64,000 nt of DNA from a virus. Under the pieces are notes generated by a model. It was given only the letters and a program-made list of their open reading frames with translations. It did no database searches and had not been told where the DNA came from. The position numbers and the translations under genes are program-made. The stretch covers positions 1 through 64,000 of the IMG/VR virus record IMGVR_UViG_3300012920_000022; one strand, 5' to 3'. Shown in pieces: positions 29,959 through 39,866 of the stretch (within the stretch, counting starts at the first letter, position 1; each line of letters starts with the position of its first letter).

Positions 29959-30261
29959 TCATTTTAAAAGATTATTTTTCATCATAAATATATAATGTCT
30001 GATCTCGCTTAGTTTATCTAAGTTTGGTGTATCGTTCCATGGTATTGTGTTATGGAACATATCATTATTAATAGTTATCGTAACTATATGGTCACCAGTA
30101 CCCCACCATGTTTCTCCATGATCTCCGTGATCTTGACGTTGGCTATATTCTAAACGATCTTCGGCATCATCAAACACACCCTCTTCTATATCAAACCCAG
30201 CATCAATCAACATGCTATATAGTTTGTTATGATTAATTGATTTTAATAATTGATTTATCAT
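29959..30261 (-). CDS. Hypothetical protein
   Basis: 100-aa ORF, last gene of the sigma operon. Confidence 0.6.
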   Translation of the reverse strand: MINQLLKSINHNKLYSMLIDAGFDIEEGVFDDAEDRLEYSQRQDHGDHGETWWGTGDHIVTITINNDMFHNTIPWNDTPNLDKLSEIRHYIFMMKNNLLK

Positions 30262-30614
30262 TGGTCAATCTGAATTTTTATATGATAATTCGTTTTATCA
30301 ATAATTTTACCAAAATTCTCTGATATGCATTCAAACCATAGAAGATCCATAGAAGATCTGAATATGTATATAAATTCAATATTTTGTGATTTGAATTTAT
30401 TAAATAAATCATATATATGTAAAATAGTATTCCACATCATGGATCTACCGTGTGATCTACCACTTCTATGATATTCAATAGTATCATTAGATGAATTCAT
30501 TTTTACACTATCCAATATCATACTACTATTTATGATATTGGATATGTGATGAATATCATAAATATACACAGTATCAGAGTCTTCAACTTGTTTATATGAT
30601 ATTAAATCTTCCAT
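30258..30614 (-). CDS. Hypothetical protein
   Basis: 118-aa overlapping ORF. Confidence 0.55.
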   Translation of the reverse strand: MEDLISYKQVEDSDTVYIYDIHHISNIINSSMILDSVKMNSSNDTIEYHRSGRSHGRSMMWNTILHIYDLFNKFKSQNIEFIYIFRSSMDLLWFECISENFGKIIDKTNYHIKIQIDQ

Positions 30615-30994
30615 TTTGGTTTATGTTTTCTATAATAATTTTTGTATGATTTAGTACATCCATATCCATCCATTCTAGATATGTGATTAGATATAGTAGA
30701 TCCAAAATTGATCTTTTCCATATATTCCATGAAATTATTAGTTTTCATATTAGACATAAATTTATAGTATATGTCTAATATGAAAACTAAATAATCACAT
30801 ATAGATTCATGACATTTCATGGATAAATCCAGAGATATGTCAACTGAGTTTATATAAATTGAGTCATCTACGATTATATGGTCTTCATAGACTGATATAA
30901 TATGAAGATTATATATGTTATTTATGGTTATATGGTCTTCATGGACTGATACATCTTTAACAAATTCATCATCAAAATATTTAAGATAATTCAT
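30602..30994 (-). CDS. Hypothetical protein
   Basis: 130-aa overlapping ORF. Confidence 0.55.
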   Translation of the reverse strand: MNYLKYFDDEFVKDVSVHEDHITINNIYNLHIISVYEDHIIVDDSIYINSVDISLDLSMKCHESICDYLVFILDIYYKFMSNMKTNNFMEYMEKINFGSTISNHISRMDGYGCTKSYKNYYRKHKPKWKI

Positions 30995-31889
30995 ATTCTA
31001 AAAAGAATTCCTCATTAATCAATTCATCATCTTTGTATTCTGCAAGGTAACAAAGTTCATCATCTTCATACTCCTCCATTTTAGTAATATAGCCATTAAG
31101 ATAATATTTCCATTCACCCTGCTTTTTACCACATCCATATAAACCGACGGTTTTATGAACATTTTTATCGTTATCAACAGTGGTAATTTCATAATTACCA
31201 TCTAATTTACCATTTTTATATTTGGTAACAATTCTGTGATTATTCCTATTATAAGTTAAATCACCTGTGTAATCATATGGCAACTTATGATCCATCATTG
31301 AACTAGTAAGTTCTTTTTCATTTATCATAACCCTAAGCTTATTTCTTAATCTGAACTTTCTAAGTTTAACCGATGATACAGAATTTAAACCTTCTATTTC
31401 CATAAATTGTTGGCTAGATATTTCATCCAGTATATGACCCAAGGTTGTCAGTTGTTGTTCAGTCAATTGACTTAATGAATCATTTAAAAAGTTTAGTTTA
31501 GTTTCACATTTATTACCATCCAATATTTCTGATATACATTTATTATCGGAAGGCAATAAATTCTCTTGATTTATATCAGGAGAGGCTATCGGTTTTTGGT
31601 GGCTGGCTCTATTGTACTTTTTGTACATAACTTGTGATCTTGTTATGGCTATTCTGGCTATATATCCAGTATGGGGTTTATCAGGATTAAACACAAATTG
31701 GTTATTCATGTACATTTTTATCATACAATCCTGGGCAATTATTGTAGCATCATCGTGATTTTTCATCACAGATTTAGATAACCTATAGGCTATAGGGTAA
31801 TATGCAGCATAATAAGCATTAAAATTTTTCTCATTTTTCTCATTGAAAAATTTCTTGGCGATTTCTTGTTTATTGATGTTATTGTGCAT
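30981..31889 (-). CDS. ECF-type sigma70 factor fused to C-terminal MORN2/YwqK-like repeats
   Basis: Region 2 F..YY..YY..AY...NHDDA..IAQD..IK..YIARIA; region 4 SVKLRKFRLRNKLR; YKNGKLDG and GKKQGEWKYY repeats. Confidence 0.65.
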   Translation of the reverse strand: MHNNINKQEIAKKFFNEKNEKNFNAYYAAYYPIAYRLSKSVMKNHDDATIIAQDCMIKMYMNNQFVFNPDKPHTGYIARIAITRSQVMYKKYNRASHQKPIASPDINQENLLPSDNKCISEILDGNKCETKLNFLNDSLSQLTEQQLTTLGHILDEISSQQFMEIEGLNSVSSVKLRKFRLRNKLRVMINEKELTSSMMDHKLPYDYTGDLTYNRNNHRIVTKYKNGKLDGNYEITTVDNDKNVHKTVGLYGCGKKQGEWKYYLNGYITKMEEYEDDELCYLAEYKDDELINEEFFLEYELS

Positions 31890-31920
31890 GATTTTAATAG
31901 TTTTTAATAGTTTTTAATAT

Positions 31921-31975
31921 AAATATTGCAAAGACCATACCAACATATAACATATGACAGGGTGTCATATGTTAT
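31921..31975 (-). promoter_or_regulatory. Palindrome + sigma54-like promoter module, copy 1 (drives the ECF sigma gene)
   Basis: Minus strand: ATATGACAcccTGTCATAT-gttatatg-TTGGTATGGTCTTTGCAATATTT. Confidence 0.7.
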
Positions 31976-32396
31976 TGATTAGCAAATAAAATTTATCTAT
32001 GATATTATTTGAATTAAAGGAGGGATATAGATAAAAACTATTCATATATCGTTGTTCGTTTTTGGTCAATTTATTCATAACCATATAATCTTCATTTTCA
32101 CAATTAATGTGGTCAATGTAGAAAGTTACATTAAATTTAATATGAGAATCATATGAAACACTTACTATATCATTTATATAACCAATATATCTAAGTGGTT
32201 TAGGATCTACATATATTCCCAAAATAACTTTAATTTTTTCTACATGGGGCGATTTCATAAATGTTCTATACAATATGGTGGGTATAGAATCAATTATGTT
32301 ATCCTCGTTATGTATATAACGAGGATAACGATTTATATCAGCATTGGGTGGAGTAGATGTATATAACTTAAAATTGTGTGACCCTACTATTTTCAT
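31965..32396 (-). CDS. Hypothetical protein downstream of purZ
   Basis: 143-aa ORF overlapping the purZ 3' end. Confidence 0.55.
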   Translation of the reverse strand: MKIVGSHNFKLYTSTPPNADINRYPRYIHNEDNIIDSIPTILYRTFMKSPHVEKIKVILGIYVDPKPLRYIGYINDIVSVSYDSHIKFNVTFYIDHINCENEDYMVMNKLTKNEQRYMNSFYLYPSFNSNNIIDKFYLLINNI

Positions 32397-33615
32397 CTAA
32401 AAATGTTTTATTATTAAGCAATACCATATCATCGGTATCAGCACCAGTTCCTACATATGATAATATCACATTATCATATGGATTAATATCTCTCATAATC
32501 TCATTTAGCCATTCTTTAGATTTGTTAGATAATTCCAAATAATCTGTAACACCTTCATCTTCCCCATTAACATAATTCATAAAGTTAATGGATATATGAA
32601 TAGTATGATTAGTCATGTTATGTGCAATGGCACTATGCATATTATCAAATGAGAAATTAAATACTCTTCTCGGTAGCTTGGTTAAGGTTGTAGTTTCCAT
32701 AACAGGTCTACCAACATTACTTGATATTTGATCCCAGGTAATTTCTTCCTGATCTTGATATCCTCCACCACTATCACTGTCTATCACTTCATACTCATAT
32801 TCATTACTTTGTACCTGATCCCAAGTTAAATGATTACCAGTAACTTTGTCTATATATTTTTTAGAACATATTCTTATGGGATATGTTCTAAAGTTGATTA
32901 TAACATCACCCAGATATGAAGGAGGTACCATCATATCATCAAAACCCCCAGCTATGGTGGAATTTCTGGAAGTAGTGTTGGGGTAAAAATCAGAGATTCC
33001 ATAACTCAACTGGAATCCTTGGGGAATTTCCATAACCCCAGATTCTCCTTGGTTCAATCTGCAAATTATATCATGTCCCACGTTACAAAGATATGGCTTT
33101 AACCAATCCACATCTCTTGCCAATAATAAATTAGACTTCCTCATGATTTTCCTGGCTCTTGCAGATCCAGAACCACTACATGTACTACCAGTTTTAATAG
33201 TACCATTGTGTTGTAATTCATTATTCAATAAATTACCTTCAAAATCATGGGTTCCTTTTTCATACCCTATATCTATATCTTGTATTATGGGTGCAAGATA
33301 GTCAATACCAACATCGATACCATTTTTTTCGGCTATTGATATCTCTTCTTTCAATGCTTGTAAATCTATCGCAGATCCATGACCAGCATATACTTTACTA
33401 ACAGAATTTGGTATTACTATAGCTGAGCTTAAATGTTTAAGCACAGTAGTTGTGCCACCAATTACTACTGTATGACTAGCATTGCTAGATCCATTACTAC
33501 AAGCAAAATCAAATTCATGATTTTTAAAAATATAAGAACCAATTTTAGCTTTACCAGATGATCCGGCTCCCCCATCTAATATGGCTAATATTTTACCTTT
33601 TTTTACTATACTCAT
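32368..33615 (-). CDS. purZ: PurZ, 2-amino-2'-deoxyadenylosuccinate synthase (PurA family)
   Basis: GSSGK (Ser in place of the PurA Asp), NASHT, GSTCSGSGSA, QGF.LS..FYP.TTSR, RTYPIRI, TTLTKLPRRVFNFS, NFMNY (no TKLD GTP motif). Confidence 0.8.
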   Translation of the reverse strand: MSIVKKGKILAILDGGAGSSGKAKIGSYIFKNHEFDFACSNGSSNASHTVVIGGTTTVLKHLSSAIVIPNSVSKVYAGHGSAIDLQALKEEISIAEKNGIDVGIDYLAPIIQDIDIGYEKGTHDFEGNLLNNELQHNGTIKTGSTCSGSGSARARKIMRKSNLLLARDVDWLKPYLCNVGHDIICRLNQGESGVMEIPQGFQLSYGISDFYPNTTSRNSTIAGGFDDMMVPPSYLGDVIINFRTYPIRICSKKYIDKVTGNHLTWDQVQSNEYEYEVIDSDSGGGYQDQEEITWDQISSNVGRPVMETTTLTKLPRRVFNFSFDNMHSAIAHNMTNHTIHISINFMNYVNGEDEGVTDYLELSNKSKEWLNEIMRDINPYDNVILSYVGTGADTDDMVLLNNKTFLDENSRVTQF

Positions 33616-33651
33616 ATATTACATCATTTTAATTGATATGCTAAATAATAA

Positions 33652-33682
33652 AAAAGGCACCATACTAAATATGGTGCCTTTT
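33652..33682. terminator. Intrinsic terminator hairpin
   Basis: aaaaggcaccata-ctaaa-tatggtgcctttt with A and T tails. Confidence 0.75.
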
Positions 33683-33721
33683 GATTTATAACTTAAAAAC
33701 TATTAATATTAACTATCATGA

Positions 33722-34234
33722 TCAGTGACTAGGTATTGAACCAGTATCACGGAAATCATCGATGAGTTGAGTAAGTTGATCACTATCATATTCTTTAGAA
33801 TCACCATCCATGAATGCAATGTGCAATGTGCCACCATCATCCAAATGCCAATCATCTACAACGCCATCACTGCTATCACTAATTGATTTAACAAAATCCC
33901 CAATTAGTTCATTATATTCATTATGCTCATCAATATAATCTGAGAAACGCGGTATTAATTCTGGTTTATTTTCATTCATATTGAAAAACACTCTGAAATC
34001 ATTGAATCCACCAGCTAATGCAACTTTATCAAGTATTTTTAAAAATTTATCATCAGCTTCACCCACATAATCATCAGTATCGTATATATCATAATCTGGG
34101 TAATCTGCCATATGCTGATTAACTAAATCATTAAACATATGGCTCATTGTATCGCTAATATTATCAGATTTAAATTTACCATCTGGAAGATTAATATTGA
34201 ATATATTAGCGATATCTGATTTGGATATTTTCAT
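33722..34234 (-). CDS. Acidic hypothetical protein
   Basis: 170 aa, D/E-rich. Confidence 0.65.
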   Translation of the reverse strand: MKISKSDIANIFNINLPDGKFKSDNISDTMSHMFNDLVNQHMADYPDYDIYDTDDYVGEADDKFLKILDKVALAGGFNDFRVFFNMNENKPELIPRFSDYIDEHNEYNELIGDFVKSISDSSDGVVDDWHLDDGGTLHIAFMDGDSKEYDSDQLTQLIDDFRDTGSIPSH

Positions 34235-34295
34235 GAGTTCTTAATATTTTTGATAAAAATAATAACCATATAACATACACTTGGTTATATGAAAT

Positions 34296-34631
34296 TTATT
34301 GATTCAATAGTCTATCATCGCTTTCTCTGTTCCCAACTACCGCAGTAGATGCATCATCCCCACACAATACTCCAAGTATGCTGTGATATTTGATAATCAA
34401 ATACTCAGTATTGTTAACATTAGCATAAGTACCACCCATTTGACTAATAAGTACTCTATCACCCACGGACAATTCACAATTCTCAATATTAGGATCTATA
34501 GCCGCAACTACACCACTGTTTTGTCTGTTATGTTTTCTAGTGTCTATTTCAAAAACTATACCAGATTTAGTTTCAGTAACTACTCTATCCTCAATTATAA
34601 ATACATTATTCTTAATGGGTTCCATACACAC
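34296..34631 (-). CDS. groES: GroES-like co-chaperonin
   Basis: EPIKNNVFI..TETKSGIV..GVVAAI..VGDRVL..GGT..EYLII...ILGV. Confidence 0.85.
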   Translation of the reverse strand: MCMEPIKNNVFIIEDRVVTETKSGIVFEIDTRKHNRQNSGVVAAIDPNIENCELSVGDRVLISQMGGTYANVNNTEYLIIKYHSILGVLCGDDASTAVVGNRESDDRLLNQ

Positions 34632-34830
34632 TATTACATTTATTAAATATTGTTGTTACATCATTTTTAGATACATTATTCAATATAATGGAATCACTAC
34701 CATTTAACACTGATAATTTTGTACCATCGGGTGATAACATGTATTTTTTATTCAATATGGTTATAACATAAGATTCATTATGTAATGATACATTGTTTTT
34801 AGTTATACCATTGAGTATTTTAGATACCAT
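34612..34830 (-). CDS. Hypothetical protein
   Basis: 72-aa ORF in operon. Confidence 0.5.
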   Translation of the reverse strand: MVSKILNGITKNNVSLHNESYVITILNKKYMLSPDGTKLSVLNGSDSIILNNVSKNDVTTIFNKCNSVYGTH

Positions 34831-34831
34831 A

Positions 34832-35788
34832 TTATTCAGATAATAATAATTGTATATTTATATTTATATCGCTGCTATTAAAAATCTCCAAAAATAGAAA
34901 TTTTTTACATTTATTAAAAGACTGTATAGTTAATGAATCACATATTTGATATTTAAGTGCAGATATAGTTGAATAATCCGCAATAAGATTGAATGATGGA
35001 TAGCCCTCGCTCAATGTGGAAGTGGTGTTAAATTCACCATATAATGTACCATTATGTTCACCACTAATATTGACTACTGCATTGGAATATTCCAAAGAAC
35101 TATTTTCTACATTCAACTCATCTATATCAAAAACCAGATTTAACTGAACATTTGCCTCATGGCAACCAACACACATGTATATAAGTTTGCTGATATCACA
35201 TTTTCCACCAACTATATCACAACTAATCTTACCAGATGATTCAAAATTTGGTAAAACCCAGTGGTCATTATACCCAAAATCAGTGAAAGTCTTCCAGGTA
35301 TAATGGGACATATGGTTCCACGAAGATCTATATTCACCATCTATAAGTTGAGTTTCTATATTATCCCAAGTAACATCTTGTAATAATTTATTATTTCTAT
35401 TCAAACTCAGAGTATAATTAAAAAATACATTATTACAAGATATTTTTTCTATTGATATATTTAACTCAAACTCATATCTAATTGCATAATATCTAATAAA
35501 ATTATCATCAATTAGATTATATTCAAAACTGGTTTCAGATAACATCGCTATAAATGCTATATTGTCGGTGGATAAATCCAGAGTATATAAACTATCAGGT
35601 TTAACAATTATTTTTTTATAATCTATTACTTCTGAATTTCTAAAATATCTTGATAAATCTATATATGGAGATTTATCATATACCAATTGGTTATCAGAGA
35701 AATATAGTTGTTTTCTCTGACTATCCAGACTACAATTAAAATCTATACCGTTACTGTTAACATTTGTGTTATCTGATTTAATCATCAT
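34832..35788 (-). CDS. Hypothetical (possibly virion) protein
   Basis: 318 aa; ATAAATAA at 35808-35815 upstream. Confidence 0.6.
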   Translation of the reverse strand: MMIKSDNTNVNSNGIDFNCSLDSQRKQLYFSDNQLVYDKSPYIDLSRYFRNSEVIDYKKIIVKPDSLYTLDLSTDNIAFIAMLSETSFEYNLIDDNFIRYYAIRYEFELNISIEKISCNNVFFNYTLSLNRNNKLLQDVTWDNIETQLIDGEYRSSWNHMSHYTWKTFTDFGYNDHWVLPNFESSGKISCDIVGGKCDISKLIYMCVGCHEANVQLNLVFDIDELNVENSSLEYSNAVVNISGEHNGTLYGEFNTTSTLSEGYPSFNLIADYSTISALKYQICDSLTIQSFNKCKKFLFLEIFNSSDININIQLLLSE

Positions 35789-35807
35789 TGATTAGGTGTG
35801 ATATACG

Positions 35808-35930
35808 TTATTTATTCTGATGTCTTTTAGAGAGAATTAATATGGCTTTAAATCCCGCAAATAAGAACATGGCAGTAAAAGGTATACCAAATATCACCAT
35901 AATATCATATATTAGCTTTGGATCTATCAT
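35808..35930 (-). CDS. Small single-pass membrane protein (40 aa, not in the ORF track)
   Basis: MIDPKLIYDIMVIFGIPFTAMFLFAGFKAILILSKRHQNK; start overlaps the upstream stop codon. Confidence 0.5.
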   Translation of the reverse strand: MIDPKLIYDIMVIFGIPFTAMFLFAGFKAILILSKRHQNK

Positions 35931-36466
35931 CATTGATTGGGTGTGATACCATATGAATTATTTATCTCTCCCATATTCACACTATTTTCATCACTAAGAT
36001 ATTTCTGCAATGATTTTGATATTAATAGTGATATCAAAGGTATCGGTAATCCCATTATTATGGATAATAGGAACACATGACCATTACTGCTCAATGGATC
36101 AGCTATGGGACTAATTATGGTATCTATTATCTGGCTAAAATGGGATATATATTTACTGTTATCATCAATTTTATACTTAGTATATGAATATATGAAATAT
36201 ATGTTACCGAATATTTGGGTAAACAAAACTATATAAAATATAGACCAGACATAGGTTCTCTGAAGTCTACCCATAATTGATATGGCAAGTATAACAAATA
36301 TATTAATAATCTCATAGGTTATAGACATTAATATGGCAACCCAAAGATAATTACCCAAAGATAAAAATTTTATCATATGGATAAATGATATTACAGATGA
36401 TAATATGGGTATAGATAGATAAACCCATATTATCATCTGTCTAGTATTCTGTTTTTTGATGTTCAT
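35930..36466 (-). CDS. Multi-pass membrane protein
   Basis: Four hydrophobic segments. Confidence 0.65.
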   Translation of the reverse strand: MNIKKQNTRQMIIWVYLSIPILSSVISFIHMIKFLSLGNYLWVAILMSITYEIINIFVILAISIMGRLQRTYVWSIFYIVLFTQIFGNIYFIYSYTKYKIDDNSKYISHFSQIIDTIISPIADPLSSNGHVFLLSIIMGLPIPLISLLISKSLQKYLSDENSVNMGEINNSYGITPNQ

Positions 36467-36795
36467 ATCACCAATTTTGGTAATTTTAAAGATTTATTGG
36501 ATAAATCTGTGAGTGAAAACATTGGATATCCTTTAAAATCAATAAACTGTATTGGATATCTCATCAGATAAATGAACCAATGTTTACCGATTTGTTCAGT
36601 GTAAAATTCACTTATTAAATTATCACCAATAATATTATTGATTTTATCTAGATTATCGATATGACCTTGTTCATCATATCCATCACCGTCAACAAAAATC
36701 TCTATTGAATATAGACCTGCTTTTCTGTGGATGGTGATATCTGTATCATGATCCAGGAACAAATTTTTAATATCAATTAGATTTATGTCATTCAT
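36463..36795 (-). CDS. Hypothetical protein
   Basis: 110-aa ORF. Confidence 0.6.
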   Translation of the reverse strand: MNDINLIDIKNLFLDHDTDITIHRKAGLYSIEIFVDGDGYDEQGHIDNLDKINNIIGDNLISEFYTEQIGKHWFIYLMRYPIQFIDFKGYPMFSLTDLSNKSLKLPKLVI

Positions 36796-36804
36796 ATGTC
36801 ATAA

Positions 36805-37221
36805 TTAAAATATGGATTTAATAATAAAATAAATTGATGCTATAATTGTTGCATCAATAATAATAAATATGAGCAATTTTATTTTATTGATAGGGAATAT
36901 TGGGACATATTTTATCAATATTTTATGATCACCTTGATCATTATTATCATCCACGTATACATAATCATTCAATCTCACTAAACCTATCAATGATGCACGA
37001 ATAATATATTCGTGCATCATTGATAGGTAATTATTAAGTATATCCACATGCTTATCAACTGGTTTGTCATGGTTTATGGTATAAACAGAATAAATCATAC
37101 CAAATATATCGAAATTCCACCCATAGAATGAACCATAATCATGATCTTCAGCGCATATTATAAGTGAATTCCTAGCATGCCAATATAGCATAAAAGATTT
37201 TATAAAATAAAATATAGTCAT
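36805..37221 (-). CDS. Hypothetical protein with C-terminal TM segment
   Basis: 138 aa, hydrophobic C-terminus. Confidence 0.6.
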   Translation of the reverse strand: MTIFYFIKSFMLYWHARNSLIICAEDHDYGSFYGWNFDIFGMIYSVYTINHDKPVDKHVDILNNYLSMMHEYIIRASLIGLVRLNDYVYVDDNNDQGDHKILIKYVPIFPINKIKLLIFIIIDATIIASIYFIIKSIF

Positions 37222-39230
37222 ATTATATCACAATAACCGCCAACACAGGCTAACTCATTTATTAATTCAGTATTATCACCATATTCCTTAATTAAGCTAA
37301 AATCAATATCAACCAACATAGATTTCAATCTATCATACTCAGTTTTGTCTATTTTGGCTAATGGGGCTTGATTATATGGCTCACGATTTAATGGTAGTAT
37401 GGTTATTCCAGAATAATAGTCTCGATTCTGCCATAACCAAGATTTAACAGAACCCCATTCACTATCAACATAAACAGTAGCTGATACATTATTAGTGTTT
37501 TTACCACTTCTATGACCAGCACACACCCATTCTGAATAAAAAAACTTTATTCTGTTCAAAGTATCTAGTGGTGATTCATGGGATATTCCATCAATGGTGT
37601 TGGGTGATACCATTGGATAATAGAAAATTGCAGTAGCTGATGGATTTATCATACAATCTTCTATTAAATCCGGCATAGAATTTAATAGTACATCATATAT
37701 TGGTAAATGCTTTTTTATTCTAATGGCTCTCTTAATATATTTGGAGTATGGTTCGTGAATACCAGAACCAGTAAGACCAGCCATTAATGTGGTTGTACCT
37801 TCGGGTTTTATGCAGGTGGTTCTAGAAGCTCTATTTATACCCAATATATCAGATATTCTGTCATTTTCTTCATTAACTACTCTAGCAGCATCACCGACAT
37901 TAAGCGACATTACATTACCATTACATATGCCAGTCATAGACACTCCTATCAAATATTCACTCTCAGTTATATTTTTCCAGTTTTTCCTTATGTAGTGGAA
38001 GGAGGTAAATCCGGCTTGTAGAGTTCCAAAAAAACTAGCTACCTTGGCACGATCATTTAATTCTTTTTGGGTTAGATTATCACCAACATTAATGGTAGTT
38101 AAATTACAAAATTGACCACCATTATTAGAAGTTAGGGATATTTCTCCACATGGATTAGTACCAATAGATATATCATTAGTCCAAAATATTCCAGGTTCAC
38201 CATACCCAGAATCTTTCATCATATCAAAATAATTATCAAACTCATTTTTGGTAACTTCACCTCTTATAAACACACCACTATTATTTGATCTGCTTCGTTG
38301 GGGATGAACTAAATACCAATGTATTTTTTTAGTTTTTTTAATTTGATCAAATGACTCTTTGGTAATATTTAATGTCAGACAATCACTATATGGTCTACTA
38401 TGGTGATTGTCTGACATAATTAAACGACATGAAAATAAGCCATCTGATAATTTACCACATATTTCTATGGATTTTACGTCTAGCATATATTTAGACTTCA
38501 CCATATTTATGTCATCTCTATCGAACAATGAAATCATAGCAGCTTCCCTAACGCCACCAGAATATATGCATTCAGCAATAAAGCAACATATGTCATGAAC
38601 TTCCAAAGTTGTTAATTTTCTACCAACTGCATTGCGTAAAACACCATCAACATGGGTCAAGGTTTTTTCCAAAGGTTCATATCCAGGTGATATGCCACCG
38701 GATTTTGTTATTGGTGATCCTTTAGCCCTAATATCACTATAATCAAATATGGGATAACTATTACCAAACATATATGATTTTATTAGGTACTTAAGACCAT
38801 CAGACCATCCCTCAATGGAATCTTGAACTAAATATCTAATGCTACTATCTGGTTGTTTTATGATCGGAAGTTGATTTACATGGTATGATTGCACACTATA
38901 GCCAACACCAACACCACACAATAATAAAAACATAATCTCATTAAATGATTTATAACTATCAATAGCTATATATGAGCAATTATAGATTTTTATAGGGTTA
39001 ATCTCTATCGGTAATCCGGAAAATTGCAACCCTCTCATGGACGGAAAAACTTTATTTTCATATAGATATTTGCCATTTCTATCTATATCATCAGACAGCA
39101 TAGGATATTTCCGTTTCATCATATCTATATAAGATGAAACGACCTCTGTGTGTGTTTGTCTTCTTCCTTTATTGGCATCATATGATGCATACTTCATGTA
39201 ATTGATTAAATTGGGGAGTAATTCTGACAT
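37218..39230 (-). CDS. nrdJ: Class II (B12-dependent) ribonucleotide reductase
   Basis: PSMRGLQF.G, YNCSY, GVGVGYSVQ, GGVR.AA.ISL, TNPCGEI, FCNL, TTCIKPEGT and C-terminal CVGGYC. Confidence 0.9.
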   Translation of the reverse strand: MSELLPNLINYMKYASYDANKGRRQTHTEVVSSYIDMMKRKYPMLSDDIDRNGKYLYENKVFPSMRGLQFSGLPIEINPIKIYNCSYIAIDSYKSFNEIMFLLLCGVGVGYSVQSYHVNQLPIIKQPDSSIRYLVQDSIEGWSDGLKYLIKSYMFGNSYPIFDYSDIRAKGSPITKSGGISPGYEPLEKTLTHVDGVLRNAVGRKLTTLEVHDICCFIAECIYSGGVREAAMISLFDRDDINMVKSKYMLDVKSIEICGKLSDGLFSCRLIMSDNHHSRPYSDCLTLNITKESFDQIKKTKKIHWYLVHPQRSRSNNSGVFIRGEVTKNEFDNYFDMMKDSGYGEPGIFWTNDISIGTNPCGEISLTSNNGGQFCNLTTINVGDNLTQKELNDRAKVASFFGTLQAGFTSFHYIRKNWKNITESEYLIGVSMTGICNGNVMSLNVGDAARVVNEENDRISDILGINRASRTTCIKPEGTTTLMAGLTGSGIHEPYSKYIKRAIRIKKHLPIYDVLLNSMPDLIEDCMINPSATAIFYYPMVSPNTIDGISHESPLDTLNRIKFFYSEWVCAGHRSGKNTNNVSATVYVDSEWGSVKSWLWQNRDYYSGITILPLNREPYNQAPLAKIDKTEYDRLKSMLVDIDFSLIKEYGDNTELINELACVGGYCDII

Positions 39231-39261
39231 ATACGGTAAATTTTATTTGCTCACAATCATT

Positions 39262-39290
39262 TTTCTTTATCTATCACACAGATAAAGAAA
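39262..39290. terminator. 11-bp stem hairpin upstream of nrdJ
   Basis: tttctttatct-atcacac-agataaagaaa. Confidence 0.45.
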
Positions 39291-39305
39291 TTTAATAATG
39301 AATAG

Positions 39306-39662
39306 CTAATCTTCTACAAATTTTGGTATATAGCCTTTATCACTCCAATGATCAATTAATTTCAAATATGGTAAAATGAATTCATTGTGATACAAATCCT
39401 CCAGAGGTTTTTCAGCTATCTTGGCTATTGAGTCTTTTACTTTATCCCAGTTATCAGCATGAGAAATATGTATATTCCACCCAACCAAATCAAACCAGCT
39501 TTGCCATCCACTACCCAGTGCTTCTTCAATAGGCAATGTATTAATATCAATAGGCATGGCATATTCCTTTTGTTTAATAGGCACATTCCAAAATTCTGCA
39601 GATTCTTTATCCAAATCGTTTAATGAAATTGGCTCATTGTTAAATAAAATTTGAAATCCCAT
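39306..39662 (-). CDS. Hypothetical protein
   Basis: 118-aa Trp-rich ORF. Confidence 0.7.
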   Translation of the reverse strand: MGFQILFNNEPISLNDLDKESAEFWNVPIKQKEYAMPIDINTLPIEEALGSGWQSWFDLVGWNIHISHADNWDKVKDSIAKIAEKPLEDLYHNEFILPYLKLIDHWSDKGYIPKFVED

Positions 39663-39858
39663 TTTGTTATATCGTTTTGATGAATTAAAAACATAGATAT
39701 AGTGGATAATGAACAGTGGTTACAATATTATTAAGCAATTATTAAGCAATATTATAGTAACCCAATATTGTAACCAATACTATGTTTTGTGGAGGGAAAA
39801 GAAAAGCCGAATGATGTTTAAAGGGTGGGTGGTTTGGGAGTATGGAATACCATTACTG

Positions 39859-39866
39859 ATAAATAA
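39859..39866 (+). promoter_or_regulatory. T4-like late promoter (ATAAATAA)
   Basis: 20 nt upstream of the gp5-like gene. Confidence 0.5.

Noticed and set aside
32368-33615. Ordinary PurA auxiliary metabolic gene
   Set aside because: It lacks the GDEGKG Asp, the TTGR Arg and the TKLD motif, and has PurZ-type residues instead.
38319-38489. Intein or intron in nrdJ
   Set aside because: The ORF is continuous; the insertion is short and lacks N-terminal Cys/Ser and C-terminal His-Asn boundaries.
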